From Saccostrea echinata (Eukaryota), in NCBI RefSeq assembly GCF_033153115.1, contig NW_026889751.1, positions 30,814,001 through 30,878,000 of the forward strand: a stretch of 64,000 bases of DNA, written 5' to 3'. Both the position numbers and the translations under genes were made by a program. The notes under the pieces were generated by a model that made no database searches, was not told the origin of the DNA, and saw nothing but the letters and a program-made list of their open reading frames with translations. Each line of letters begins with the position of its first letter. Within the stretch, counting starts at the first letter, position 1. Of this stretch, positions 11,730-23,514 are shown one piece after another.

Positions 11730-14700
11730 CTGTAATAGAAGAAGCCATGATTAAATTGGTCTGCTGTTCCACAGGATAACTGTACACATACAAAGTCACT
11801 TAGCACCATTCTCCTACAGCATTCTACAAAAACTTTGAAAGCAAGTAAAAAGAAAACAGATAACAAGTTTAGTGAAATTATTTTCTGACACATACATGTA
11901 CATGTTACTCTATAAAGTGAATACCACATTTACATCTGCTGATGTACATGTATTAGTAGTAGACAGATGCATTTAAATCTACCGATATATCATAACCCAG
12001 TAATACTGACCACATTTAAATCTACCGATATATCATAACCTAGTACATGTAATACTGACCACATTTACATCTGCCTATCTGCCTCTGTGCTAGCTCCAGT
12101 TTACATTTACATTGGTAACAGCGTTTTTTGTTTTTCTGTCCCTTTTCTGGCGTGGACTCTGGGGTCTCTGTTTCTTTGTCCACTTCTGATATATCACTGC
12201 AAAAGCATCGAAAATGTCAAATATAAAGTTTCTACATTTAATAATTTAATAATTATTTGGATACTCTTGGAAATCGTTCAAATGAAAAATAATAAATAAA
12301 TAAAAAAAAATAAGTTTCAAATTTTCATTAATTTACACATTATAGAATTGATTAAATACAAATTTCATTGTTACAAATAGTCTCAATTTACCTAACATCA
12401 TTCCCCAAGGGCTTAAATGCTGTACAAATGTTTATCTATTGCTTATAATGGCTTACGTACCGTTTAACCCCTCTTTTCTCTGGGGTGTCTGGAGCAGGTG
12501 AACGGGAGGAAGACGGGGGAGGAGATGATTCGGTTTCTGGGGTAGGGTTTTCAGGACTTTGTTCAGAATCCTTTGTTTCCTTAGAAACACTAGAGTCTTT
12601 TAAGCTCTCACAAGTTAATTGTTTGGAAGAACAGGGCTGTGATTGGCTCTCAGTGAGAGAACTGCTGTTACTTTTGCCTCCCTCCAAAGTAATGCTATGG
12701 CTGTTTTGTTTTGCACCCTCCATATGACTGTGTCCACTTTGTTTCATCTGTCTGGCAGTTTCTAAGAAAGAAAACCAATATTCCAAATCAATACTTAAGA
12801 AAAAAATACAATAAAGCCCGGTGAATGTATACCTTATACAAATATTTTTTTTCTCAAAAGAAAATTGTCAGCCCTTTATGGCTCATATTTGAGGAATCAG
12901 GGGTCAACTGAGTAAAGCCTATATAATTATTAACTATTATTGATGAATAATATTTCAAATGTTATTAACCCTGTCCAAACCTAAATGTGATAATTCATGG
13001 TATATCGGATATTATATTTCTGTTCAATATGTAAAACAAACTTCGGAAGAAATCAAATTTATACATAAATGGCTGTGACATTTCCTGTCATTACAAAGAT
13101 AAAATTTAAATTTTTCTTCCTTCTCAATTAGAATTTTGTGAGTTTGGTGAGTATTACAAATGGAAGCAAGATTGGGAAATTCTTTGTACGTATAATGTGA
13201 CATTTTTGCATGCTTTATCGGAGCTTTCAAAAAGCTACGAAACAGGCGGTACCTTTGCAACAATAGGAAGTACCTTGGAGAACCAATTTCAATTAAATGT
13301 GCTACTGAATTTTTCTCAATCTAATATTTTTTCGAATATTTTGGCCAGAAAAATCATAATTTTAGCCAGGTAAAAGTACCGGGTACTGGCAGATTTTAAA
13401 TGGCCTGCTTTATTTATCTGTCTTGCCATAACGTCATCAATTATTTTTTTTTAAAGAAATTGCCAAAAATTAATCTTGCAAGTAAAAATCATAATAAACC
13501 AAGCTGTTGTTGTTGTGACACTGCTGGCCCTTTTGTTGTAACAAAGCAGGCATTTTTTGTTGACAATGCAGGCCAGTTTTCACATTAATGCATAAATGTG
13601 CATTAAATAAGCATACAAAAAAAAAAAAATAATAATAAATAAAAAAATTTAAAAATTTTTTTGTAAAAATCTATAATTCAAAGTTTTGTAAATTGGGAAT
13701 TCTATGACAATTTAACAAAAATTGTGAAATTTTTATGTGCTTTTTAGACTAATTTTCAAGAAATGAGTCAGAATAAAGTTTATTACCAAAACAAAATCTT
13801 AAAATTGAACCATTCTGTTCTTTTAGGTAATAAAAATTGTCATTTAAATTGTTTGTTGTGAATTCCATTCCTGTACTTTTGTAAGAATTCTGATCCTGGT
13901 AAAATTTTAAATGTAATGAATTAAGGGAAATTGAGGTGGAATTTTGGGAAAAAATGGAGGGATTTGAATTTGGGAATGGGGCCGAGATTCAGCCCAACAC
14001 GGGGCAGTGGAAAATCCCTGTAAACACATTTTTCTTTTTTTAAATATTAAATTAAGATCCAAGGAAACAATCAAAAACATAATCCGAAAATGCATTTTGC
14101 CCCCTATATTTCTTTCTGATTCTCAAAATTTATTTTAATGGGTGATAATGACCCTTGGTTTTTTTCAAAGTTTATGTAAATGCTTCAGGGTACTTCTTGC
14201 TGTAACAACACAGGCATTTTTCTTTGTGACATTGCAGGCATATTTTGCAGGGTTCGACATTAATGCTAGTCTGTTAGTCTCAGACTAATAAAATCTGTGG
14301 CTAATGAGTTTGAATGGATCAATAAAAATTCCTCGTAAACAATATAAATTACTGATGCCCAATTCTTGACAACTTTTACTGGAAAACCCCAAATGTAATT
14401 TTACCTTTTTAACTTTTGGGCAGGTAGCTTAGTAATTCAGAGACAGTTAAGTGCTTAGTTGTATAGATAAATATGAAGGAGAAATGTTTTAGTGATCATG
14501 ATTTATTATGAAACATAAAAGAAAGATGTCATGGGTGTAATGCAATGAACGAGATTGGGAGTACGATTATACTTGCTGACCATGAGATTTCAACGACTTT
14601 ATGGGGGGGGGGGGGGGGAACACTTAACACTTATTATAAATGCATTGTTCATTTCAAAGAATATTATAAGAAGTACTAATACTTGGCAATATTATTTTTA

Positions 14701-16930
14701 AAATTGAGTGTTACAAAACATGTAATATATCATGCATTCTTTGACAGACTAATAAAAACACTTGTAGACTAGTAAAAGTAAAGAAGCACTAGTCCGGCTA
14801 AACTAATGCTTAGAAAAGTTATTGTCAGACCCTGTTTTACTGTAACAACACAAAAATTTTCATTTGGTCCTTGAGTACACACTAGGGCTGTGTATTGAGC
14901 AAAAAATTTCAATACAATAAGATGCAATATTTTATAAAGCGATGTGCAATATATTGGATTCTTGAACAAGTCTATCAAAAAAAACTTGTAAATCATTTAA
15001 TGTATAGATTTTATAAAAACTGAGTGTTTTATAACCCAGCTTTTTCACAGAATTATAAGAAAAAGTGCCTGCCCGATATGTATGGAAGTTATTTTTCAGA
15101 TACAATACATTCTTGAATATCGATTTGTATCGATACATTGATACAGCCCTAGTACACACCTGGAGAGATGAGGTGATCTGGTGTACTCTGCAATGCATCA
15201 TTGGTTTTCTCTATGTGTGCTGAAATAATAACAATCGGATTTCTGAAGCATTTCATCAGGATTCATTAAAAGAAATATGCACCATTATCTGTTAATGGGA
15301 GACCAAACTTTAAAAAAATAATAATGAAGATAAAGATATTTGTAAACTCTGAACATAAATTATGTGTTCTCAAGATAAATTACCTTGAATTAGATATTTA
15401 AATTTCAGCATTTGCTAAAACAAGTAAAATTATATACTGTAAATCTGGAAATTTTTACGTTGATTTATTTTTGCGAATTTGGGTCAAAAAGCTGTTGATT
15501 AATTTTTATGTTTCAAAATTTTGCGAATTGTCATTGGCGCTAAAATTAAAAAGTGCTTTAAATCTTCATAACAGTTTATAAGTTACGCATGTACATGTAC
15601 ATAAAATAAATCATGTACATACAATATTAAACGATGCCAACGTTCAGTAATCAGATTATAAATTACGCAATCCATGTACATACAATAAATTACGCATGAA
15701 CATACAATATTATAATATGATCAGATAAAAATATTAGAAGGGATAATACATCTAAACTGTTTAAAGTTCTTACACTTTATTAAATCAAATCTCGTTAACA
15801 ATCTGTCGTAAACGGGTTTCTTAAAATGACCACTGCTTACGAACACTTGTTCACTGGGAAAAAATAGACACCAGCTGTCAGCAAAATTTTTGTTTACATT
15901 TTTATTTTGCTGATTTATTTTTAAGAAAAATATTTTTGCAAATGAACTGCATACGCAAATTTGCTAAAAATTTATCTACAGTAGAAATTTCCAGATTTAC
16001 GGTATGTGATGTAAAAACACATGAAAAAGGAAACTTTATTAATCAGAATTTTAATGGTTACACTTCAGTTATGTTCATAACACAAAGAACTTACATTTGT
16101 AACATTGCGAACAAAGGCCTAGTGTACTGGAAGACCTGTGAATAAAAATAAATGAAAGTTAAAAGCACTATAAATGAACCTTTATTCATATGAATACATA
16201 AAATGTATAGTCTAAGCTCTCAAGTTGAAACCACTTCAGAAAACAAACATTAACATGAGGAGTATTTGTCCTTAAGTAAAGCAAACAAGTCTGAGGAAGT
16301 TATCATTTACTGGTACAAAAGTTAAAAGAAAATCATAATAAAAGATAAATACATTTTATTCAGTAAACTGATATCATTATGCATTATGCTATGAAAATCG
16401 AAATGTAAACAATGACTGTCTAATCAATGCAAGATGATTCATGAATCCTTGTTATAATATTAAATAGTAAACATTTTATTTAACTGTCCATGTTTGAGTT
16501 AGTCCAGGTTTTACATTTTATCGCAAAACTCGCCCCAACAGCAGCTTTGGTTCTAACGGCCTGTAGTAACATGTAATCACCCTGCAACATAGGCAGACCT
16601 ACCCCGTCCTGGGTCATGCAGGATTGATTTGATAAACATGATTGATAAAGCCACAAGCCCGGATGTTTAAGTATTTTAATCATTAAGTAAAAACTAAAGC
16701 GTATAATTTAGTTACACAACATTACTTCTTTTCACTATTCTGCAAAATAAATGAATAATGGGCGCAGTTTCAACCAAACAAGTTCCAACCCACACCAATA
16801 AAATCCTAGCGACCCAGAGCTGTCCGATATCAGCTTTCGTCACGGTGGTGATTCAGACTCTTCCGCGGTGTACTTACCCCCAAAATCCACATGGACAGCG
16901 GGGCTGATCGTTACTTTTCGATTTTTCCAT
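11578..16930 (-). CDS. ZFAND3: AN1-type/A20-type zinc finger protein 3; complement(join(11578..11729,12060..12196,12461..12761,15160..15219,16095..16135,16878..16930)), 247 aa
   Basis: N-terminal A20 finger [31 protein letters not shown]; Ser/Pro-rich linker; C-terminal AN1 finger [57 protein letters not shown]. Exon lengths sum to 744 nt and phases are consistent. Confidence 0.94.
12060..12196 (-). CDS. ZFAND3: ZFAND3 exon 5 (first half of AN1 finger)
   Basis: ttttgcag|...TGTG|gtcagt; [13 protein letters not shown]...GRCKC. Confidence 0.93.
12461..12761 (-). CDS. ZFAND3: ZFAND3 exon 4 (Ser/Pro/Glu-rich linker)
   Basis: Lies within ORF 12436..12786; tttcttag acceptor, gtacgt donor; phases match neighbours. 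Confidence 0.88.
14883..15151. mobile_element. hAT-type MITE, 8-bp TSD GTACACAC
   Basis: TAGGGCTGT...ACAGCCCTA; TSD at 14875-14882 and 15152-15159; ATCGAT subterminal motifs. Confidence 0.85.
15160..15219 (-). CDS. ZFAND3: ZFAND3 exon 3 (linker, [20 protein letters not shown])
   Basis: tatttcag|...CCAG|gtgtgt; symmetric phase-1 60-nt exon, so skippable in frame. Confidence 0.75.
15437..16002. mobile_element. Tc1/mariner-type MITE (TA TSD)
   Basis: ta|CTGTAAATCTGGAAATTT...AAATTTCCAGATTTACGG|ta. Confidence 0.8.
16095..16135 (-). CDS. ZFAND3: ZFAND3 exon 2 ([13 protein letters not shown])
   Basis: tattcacag|...|gtaagtt; completes the A20 finger. Confidence 0.92.
16878..16930 (-). CDS. ZFAND3: ZFAND3 exon 1 ([18 protein letters not shown])
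   Basis: ATG at 16930; donor gtaagta. Confidence 0.92.
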
Positions 16931-17029
16931 CACCTATTCGGGTACCATGGGAAATATTCCTTTTCAGGGAATTTTCTCCTAGTGACAGAATGACAATCGA
17001 CAGCTGGTTGTTGTCAGTTCGAGGCTGTA

Positions 17030-17085
17030 AAATACTTCCGGTTCAAGGTTTACTTGCTTTTCAAATTCTGGGTTACTTCCCTTAG
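17030..17085 (-). promoter_or_regulatory. Probable ZFAND3 core promoter region with ETS-type motif (CCGGAAGT)
   Basis: acttccgg at 17034-17041, about 100 bp upstream of the ATG in a CpG-containing patch; no TATA box evident. Confidence 0.35.
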
Positions 17086-17120
17086 ACCATTTCATGATTA
17101 TATAAAAAAAGACCACTTAG

Positions 17121-17122
17121 AA

Positions 17123-17161
<39 letters not shown>

Positions 17162-17166
17162 AATAA
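17121..17166. repeat. (AAAT)n microsatellite
   Basis: direct reading. Confidence 0.95.
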
Positions 17167-17466
17167 TCAATTTAAAAACAAATAAATGATGGCAAAAAAT
17201 TCAGTCGGGGGGGGGGGCATTTTCAGTCTGAAAGGACAATACCAAAGAAAAATTCTTGACCGTAAAAAAAAAAAAAAAAACAAAACCAAAAAAAAAAAAA
17301 AAACAATCCTCAGACGTTATGTACAGTCATTTAGGGTATTCCGAATCATCTTTTACATTCTGACTGCAAACGATTTTATTAACAAGTTTTTAAATGGTTG
17401 TTTGGTATGAAAGGAAAGCCAATTTCTACTGACGAATTCTATGTATTATTGGGGGGCACCTGGTTA

Positions 17467-17679
17467 CAAAGGCGGATCCAGCGCCGGCGCGCCGAGCGTG
17501 CGCCCCCTCCCCCCGTTTGATTTTTTTTTTGACATTTTGTTTGTATTATCCTAAAATCAAGGGAAAAAACACCTCTTATTTGTTAGAATTCGTCAGTTTC
17601 CGGGGGGCTTCAATGCAGCCTCCAGACCCCCTGCCTTCTACCCCCCTCCCCCGTTATGAAATTCCTGAATCCACAGCTG
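17467..17679. mobile_element. GC-rich MITE related to 8380-8664
   Basis: CAAAGGCGGATCCAG...CTGAATCCACAGCTG; tggtt on both sides. Confidence 0.6.
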
Positions 17680-17680
17680 T

Positions 17681-18659
17681 GGTTGTATGTTCGTTCGCCC
17701 TAAAATATGTTCGCCCTTGACGCCGTTCGCTCTCATTCCCGTTCGCCCAAAGTCCGATCGCCCGGGCTAAAACTTGTTCGCACAGAGTCTGTTCGCCTTA
17801 CAAAGTATAGTAAAATTAAATATTTCAAAACTGGTATTTCTTCTTCAAAGGATTGGATTGTACTTGGGAATATAATTTTCTTCAAATTTAAGGTAAAACC
17901 GTGCTCATCCGCTGCTTAATCCATAATGGGCCCAGGCCCGTAGGAAGCAATTTCAGTTTGGGGGCCCAGGCATACATTTTCAGATGGGTGCCGGCACTAT
18001 CAACTACCAAAAATTCCTTGACAAGTAAAAAAAAAAAATAAAAAAAAAATAAAAAGCGTTTTTTTTGTTTTGAGAGGGCACAAGCATATAGTAGCTAAGT
18101 TTTCTTTTGTAATATATATATCGGCAATTTTTTTTTTGGGGGGGGTGCACGCCACTCGTGCCCCCCTCCCCGGTTCCTACGGTCATGGGGCCTATTAACA
18201 TCTCTGTTCTTTAATTGTTTTTAAAACATAACGCAAATCATAAAAAAAACAAAGGTTGTATTAAGCTAATCTACAGTGATAATATCACTGATTATCTATA
18301 ATAAAACCAATTATTACGCCTTTACAAAACATTAAAATCAGAATTATAACCAATTTATTAATTTAGATTAAATAAAAATTATCTAATGAATCAACATTCG
18401 TAAAAATAGTAAAAAAAACAAAAAACAAAAAAACAAACAAACAAACAAAGACTAAAAATTAATAAGAAATGTTACTATTTATTATAATAGTGCATACGAG
18501 ATATACGGCAAACGAGGTATAGGGCAAACAAGAAGTATACTAGTATATGGCGAACGGATCCTGCTTGAACGGGTAGATAGGGCGAACGTACCCGATACCG
18601 GGTAGATAGGGCGAACGTACCCGATACCGGGTAGACAGGGCGAACGTACCCGATACCGT
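17681..18659. mobile_element. Non-autonomous DNA element with inward-facing subterminal TTCGCCC/GGGCGAA motif arrays; the right end carries a 30-bp tandem x3
   Basis: GTTCGCCC repeats at 17690-17800; GGGCGAACGTACCCGATACCGGGTAGATA repeats at 18570-18659. Confidence 0.6.
17933..18187. mobile_element. Nested MITE, 5-bp TSD GGGCC
   Basis: CAGGCCCGTAGGAA...TTCCTACGGTCATG flanked by gggcc/gggcc. Confidence 0.75.
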
Positions 18660-18816
18660 GGTACATTGATGACAAGTAACTCTTTTTCTTTAGTATGCAT
18701 ATATCTGCAAAATTATCTAGAGGGAGGGGGGGGGGCACAGTCGCCCCATATCTCCAGCCCCCGGTTCCTATATCGACCTGAAATGAATAAATAAATAAAT
18801 AACATCTTTCCCCCAG

Positions 18817-18820
<4 letters not shown>

Positions 18821-18868
<48 letters not shown>
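18821..18868. repeat. (AT)n microsatellite
   Basis: direct reading. Confidence 0.95.
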
Positions 18869-18871
<3 letters not shown>

Positions 18872-18886
18872 TTTGTTAAAAGACAA

Positions 18887-19096
18887 CTGTGGAATCATTT
18901 AATTCGTGGGGGTCATTGTTTGTGGGCAAGCAAAATTCTACAAGGTTTTTGGCGACGTAATTTCGTGGACCGTAACTCGAATTTGTAAACAAAGGATTCG
19001 ATGAACCAATTGTTCATGGAGATGTAAATTCGTGGGTTAGGGTGGCCCATGAAATCCATAAACATTTTTCCCTCATGAACAATGATGATTCCACAG
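18887..19096. mobile_element. Tc1/mariner-type MITE
   Basis: CTGTGGAATCATT...ATGATTCCACAG; internal AATTCGTGG motifs. Confidence 0.7.
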
Positions 19097-20119
19097 AATA
19101 TCTTGAGGAGTAAGACGTTTATTAATAATAAATAAATTTTAACACCATATTTATCGGATTTGTTATACAACTCATTACACAAAGGGCTTTGAGTTTTAAT
19201 CATTTTCACATTGTTATATTGCTATAATCCTTCATACATATACCTATGTTATTTTCAAAGAAATCGAGTTCTAGGCTTAACCGATTATTTACACATAAGG
19301 CCTTGAGCATTTCGTAGTTCAGCTACTCAAAAATATTTCTTTTGAATCTGCAAGTAATTAAAACGAAAAGTTTTTCTAAGTTGTTAGAACTTGTAACCGA
19401 TCTCTTTTTATTAATTTTACAATAAAATATGTTAAAAAACTGTATTCATGAAGCTTTGTCACGTACACATGATTAAGAACTATATATGTATAATAATTTT
19501 AGACAAAAATCAGTGGGAGTTACCCCCTCTTTTGGTCCCCAGATTTCGATACTGTGACATATATTTTAGTGCTTTTGATAGAATGTGGTGATATTTACAT
19601 TTCCATATATAATTTTATAGTTTATATAAATTAATCTTAGGCTAATACGATTGGTGCACAAAAAATTAGGAAGTAAACACTTTTTTTTTTAAAATCATGT
19701 TTAGGAATTAAAATTATCTGTTATCATTTAGAAACATGAAAAAAAAAGAGAATTGATTGCAGCACAAAATTAAAGAATGATACAATCTTTATAAACAAAA
19801 ATATTTAAATATATATTCTCTACGATTGAAGTTAAATAACATAATAAATGATGTTTAAATTGCTGAAGAATGTACATGTAAATATATATACTGGGTGCCT
19901 GTTACTTTAACCTTACGCTATTTGTAAAATGATGCACAAAACAATATTCATGAACGTAAATGTTCTGATAAATACAATAAAAAGCGGTGCTCATCAAATA
20001 CAGAATGCCGTATTAAACGACTATCCAATTAATGTAAAAAAAAAACACGTAAATTTATGCCATTAATATGAATATGTGGTATCAGACTGTCTATATTTTA
20101 CTTCGAACGTTCACGTTAT

Positions 20120-20160
20120 TTCACGTCACGAAAGAAATTAAGCTATAAATGACGTCATAA
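20120..20160 (+). promoter_or_regulatory. Candidate TATA box (TATAAAT 20144-20150) overlapping a full CRE palindrome (TGACGTCA 20150-20157), plus a half-CRE
   Basis: Motifs lie 30-65 bp upstream of the ankyrin/SOCS ATG. Confidence 0.4.
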
Positions 20161-20188
20161 TCAAAGTGTCAAGTTTAAATTTCTACAA

Positions 20189-21514
20189 ATGAACATGTAC
20201 AAAGATAATAAAGACGACGAGAATTTCGCTGAAGCGACCCGGGTTACCTTCGACGATTTTTACCGATTGATTCTAAGTGACGACACAGATGAAGTTGAGC
20301 GAATTTTAACGAGCGGGGAGGAAATCAACCTCAACACAATTCACCAACAGAACACTCCCTTGGAGCAAGATGGCCAGAGTCCTTCTGTACGAATGCCGGT
20401 CCTTCACCTTGCCTGTATGTACAAACGTCTGAAGATCACCGAGTTATTTTTGGATTACGGTGCAGACCCGCTGTACAAAGATGAACAGGACCAGAGGACC
20501 CCCACCTGGACCCTCCTCATGTACTGGATGGTTCCGGACCTGCCGGTGAACAGGGTGTCGTTTGATGAAGAGGATGTAGATGAAATACAGAAGGCCTTTA
20601 TAAAGAATCGCAGACGACACCTTTGCACCGCCACCACACTTCTGGACATGCTACTCGAACATTCAAAGGATCCACAACAATCAAGCATCATTAAGGGAAG
20701 GACCTTGCTACATTTGTGTGCCCAGAGAAATTTAGTAAATCCCATTGAACACCTGAAGAAGTTTAATGCCTCCATGAATGAACGGGACCAGGATATGTAT
20801 ACACCGGCAATGCTTGCTGCCTTTCATGGTAACATGGAAAGCCTCATGGAGCTGCTTCGTCTTGGGGCGAGTACACGAAAACGGGACAATGCTGGCCGCA
20901 ACATCGTACACATCTTAGCGGGCTCAGAGAGAATCACAGCAGCACAGATGGCGTTCATGTTCAAAAAGTTTCCTTCTGTGACAGAAATTATTAATGAACA
21001 GACTCACAATGGAGAAACTCCTCTTCACCATTGTGCCGTGCGCGGAAACGGCGAGAAAATTCACCTGCTGCTCTCTAATGGCGCCAAATGTTCCACCAGA
21101 GACGCATATGGCCAGACACCTTTGTATCTTTTGCTTAAATTACACAGTATAGTTTGCGTCTATCTGGGCTTCATGTCATTGCTTACAGAAACAACCCAGC
21201 TGAGCCTAAAGGACGCTGAAGGAAACTACCCAATCAAACTGATGGAGGACTCCCCTCGTCACGTGAGGCGGAAGTTGCTGAAGATGAGCCGCAATCCACC
21301 GCGTCTGTACTTCATCTGTTTACAGAAGATACACAGCTTATTGGCCAAACCGCAGGATGTGTCCTCCACCTCAAACATGTACCGGGACAGTAAAATGGTG
21401 TCCATCACGGATGCCCTTAAACTGGACTGTCCAAGGGAGCTCATTATGGACATTCTGACGTACAAGCATACCATGCGGAACAAATGGTCCCACTACATGT
21501 TTAGGCACTTATGA
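20189..21514 (+). CDS. Intronless ankyrin-repeat and SOCS-box (ASB-like) protein, 441 aa
   Basis: Ankyrin repeats (PVLHLAC, RTLLHLCA, YTPAMLAA, RNIVHILA, GETPLHHCA, GQTPLYLL). C-terminal BC-box-like PPRLYFICLQKI and cullin-box-like LDCPRELIMDIL. GC-rich uninterrupted ORF. Confidence 0.88.
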   Translation: MNMYKDNKDDENFAEATRVTFDDFYRLILSDDTDEVERILTSGEEINLNTIHQQNTPLEQDGQSPSVRMPVLHLACMYKRLKITELFLDYGADPLYKDEQDQRTPTWTLLMYWMVPDLPVNRVSFDEEDVDEIQKAFIKNRRRHLCTATTLLDMLLEHSKDPQQSSIIKGRTLLHLCAQRNLVNPIEHLKKFNASMNERDQDMYTPAMLAAFHGNMESLMELLRLGASTRKRDNAGRNIVHILAGSERITAAQMAFMFKKFPSVTEIINEQTHNGETPLHHCAVRGNGEKIHLLLSNGAKCSTRDAYGQTPLYLLLKLHSIVCVYLGFMSLLTETTQLSLKDAEGNYPIKLMEDSPRHVRRKLLKMSRNPPRLYFICLQKIHSLLAKPQDVSSTSNMYRDSKMVSITDALKLDCPRELIMDILTYKHTMRNKWSHYMFRHL

Positions 21515-23514
21515 AAAATAGAAATTTAAAGTATATAATCGACATGTAAAATAACACATTTAAACTAAAAAGAAGTTATTTGACGATAAAATGCAAAGTC
21601 CTTTTTCCCTTTCTTTTTCATAATTATGTTTTTTTCTTCTTTGTTTTTTTTTAAATCTTTTACCAACATTCTAGTTTTTCATTGGCGAATATTGGACGTA
21701 TAAAGCAGTAGAAGTTTGAATGGCACTAGCCGCTCAACAATGTACTTGTAAAGGAAAAAAATCGTTTAATTTATCCGACAACATAAATCCATTCAAGAGA
21801 TAAGCAATCCAAGCACTTGGGCCAGATTTGTTTAGGTTTAAAACAAATGCTGGATTCACCTATACTCATCGTTAAAGTTTTTTTTTCTGAAATAGTCTGA
21901 ATGTTTGTAATTTGATCAGATTGTGGTGTATTTATTTAAACCCTTGTCTTCGTTAACACAACCCTTTAGCGTTCAGTCAGCTTGAATAACTAAAACACTT
22001 AAGTATAACATACAGTTTTAATATGTCAATGATGAGAAAAAAAGATAAATTAGGTTGACGTCATTTAAGGGAAACAGTTGAAATGTTGACGTCACGATTG
22101 ATGACAGATTGGCCCGAAAGGACCGGAAGAAAGGACATCTGCACTATGGTTCGGATTTACATCTTTTTGTTCTTAATCTTTATGCTAAGTACAAGACCAT
22201 CCTAGCTGACCTACTCCCCGTATTAACAGTATTGCTCTATTCTGTTTAGGTTACATGAATGTTGAATTTCTGTTACCCAATGTTATTTTTTCGTTTTTTT
22301 TTCAAATTAAGGAAGTTACTGAATTTTCATTTGCTTTGATTTTTTTTTTTTTGTTTTCTCAGTGTGAAAGTCTTAAAGAGCAATACTATTTTGCGATAAA
22401 CCGTAAAACTAGATTTGTCTAATTACCTGTAAATAAAACCATTTGAAAATTGTATGCAATAAAACTATGCATGACTTGTATTTTTCTATTGTAATTATAC
22501 CATAAAATACCAACTGCATGCTGATTAAATTACTTTGGACTGCACTGGTCTCATGTTTCTTATAAATAAGTGACAAACTTTTGCCGCAAGATGTAGCTTA
22601 ACGTTATTGAATACAAACAACATGTACATTCATCCAATTAGTGCATTTTGACAATTGTCAACCTTCAGGCATGATGAAAATAAAACACCCTTCACAAACA
22701 ACCCATGTACATCTATATGACCATCACCAAGACAATAAAAACCTATGAATTGTTTTTTGAGCAGCCTCCTGCGTCTTCCTGGGTTTCTTTTGCGGCGTAG
22801 TATTGATTTGTTACTGCGTTCGTCTAGTTCTTGGTAAATCATTTTGTCAGTTGGACATGTAGAAGGGAATTAAGTCAAATTAACTTCCCTAATAAACTGT
22901 GTGTAACCCTTAAAAAACCTGTAATCGATCTAAACGAATGTCATGGGGATTTAGGGATTCCCAAAGCGTCGCTATGCTAAAGAAGGAAACGCAAAATATT
23001 CGGTCAGGTTTATCTGTTTTCAGTCATAACCTCACAGAAATATTTCTTGAGTTCTTTGAAATTCTCATTTGTCAATTCATCTTACAGTAAGATGAAAGAA
23101 TGCCGAACCCTATCGGAAGGTTTGATTACAGACAAACAGGCCAACACAGAGTCCTTGCTCTGGGTACATTTGAAAAAGCATTAAAAGTTGAATTTAATTA
23201 AGTGTAACAAACTTGAAGAGTGTATCTACTAGGGTTTAGATAAGATTTTACGTAAACATATTCTGAAAAAAAAATTGAAGAACTACTAGGAAAGTTAAAT
23301 TCAATTTTCACCCTCCAAATTCAATAAATCATCAAAATGTATGAGTTTTCAACACTTTATAGACACCTTGCTTACAATGAATTAAAGACTAGTAGCCTTT
23401 TCCCCCCAAATCTAACGATTTTTAACATTACAGACACTGCTTGTTAAATAAAATTGGGACTTGGAATTTTTTTTTATACATGTGGTCATCTACAAAATCA
23501 AAATTCAATATAAA

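Noticed and set aside
18475-18738. Repetitive ORFs (RYRVRSP)
   Set aside because: Translation of 30-bp subterminal TE repeats.
20455-21483. Minus-strand ORFs of 106 and 74 aa
   Set aside because: Antisense shadows of the ankyrin/SOCS CDS.
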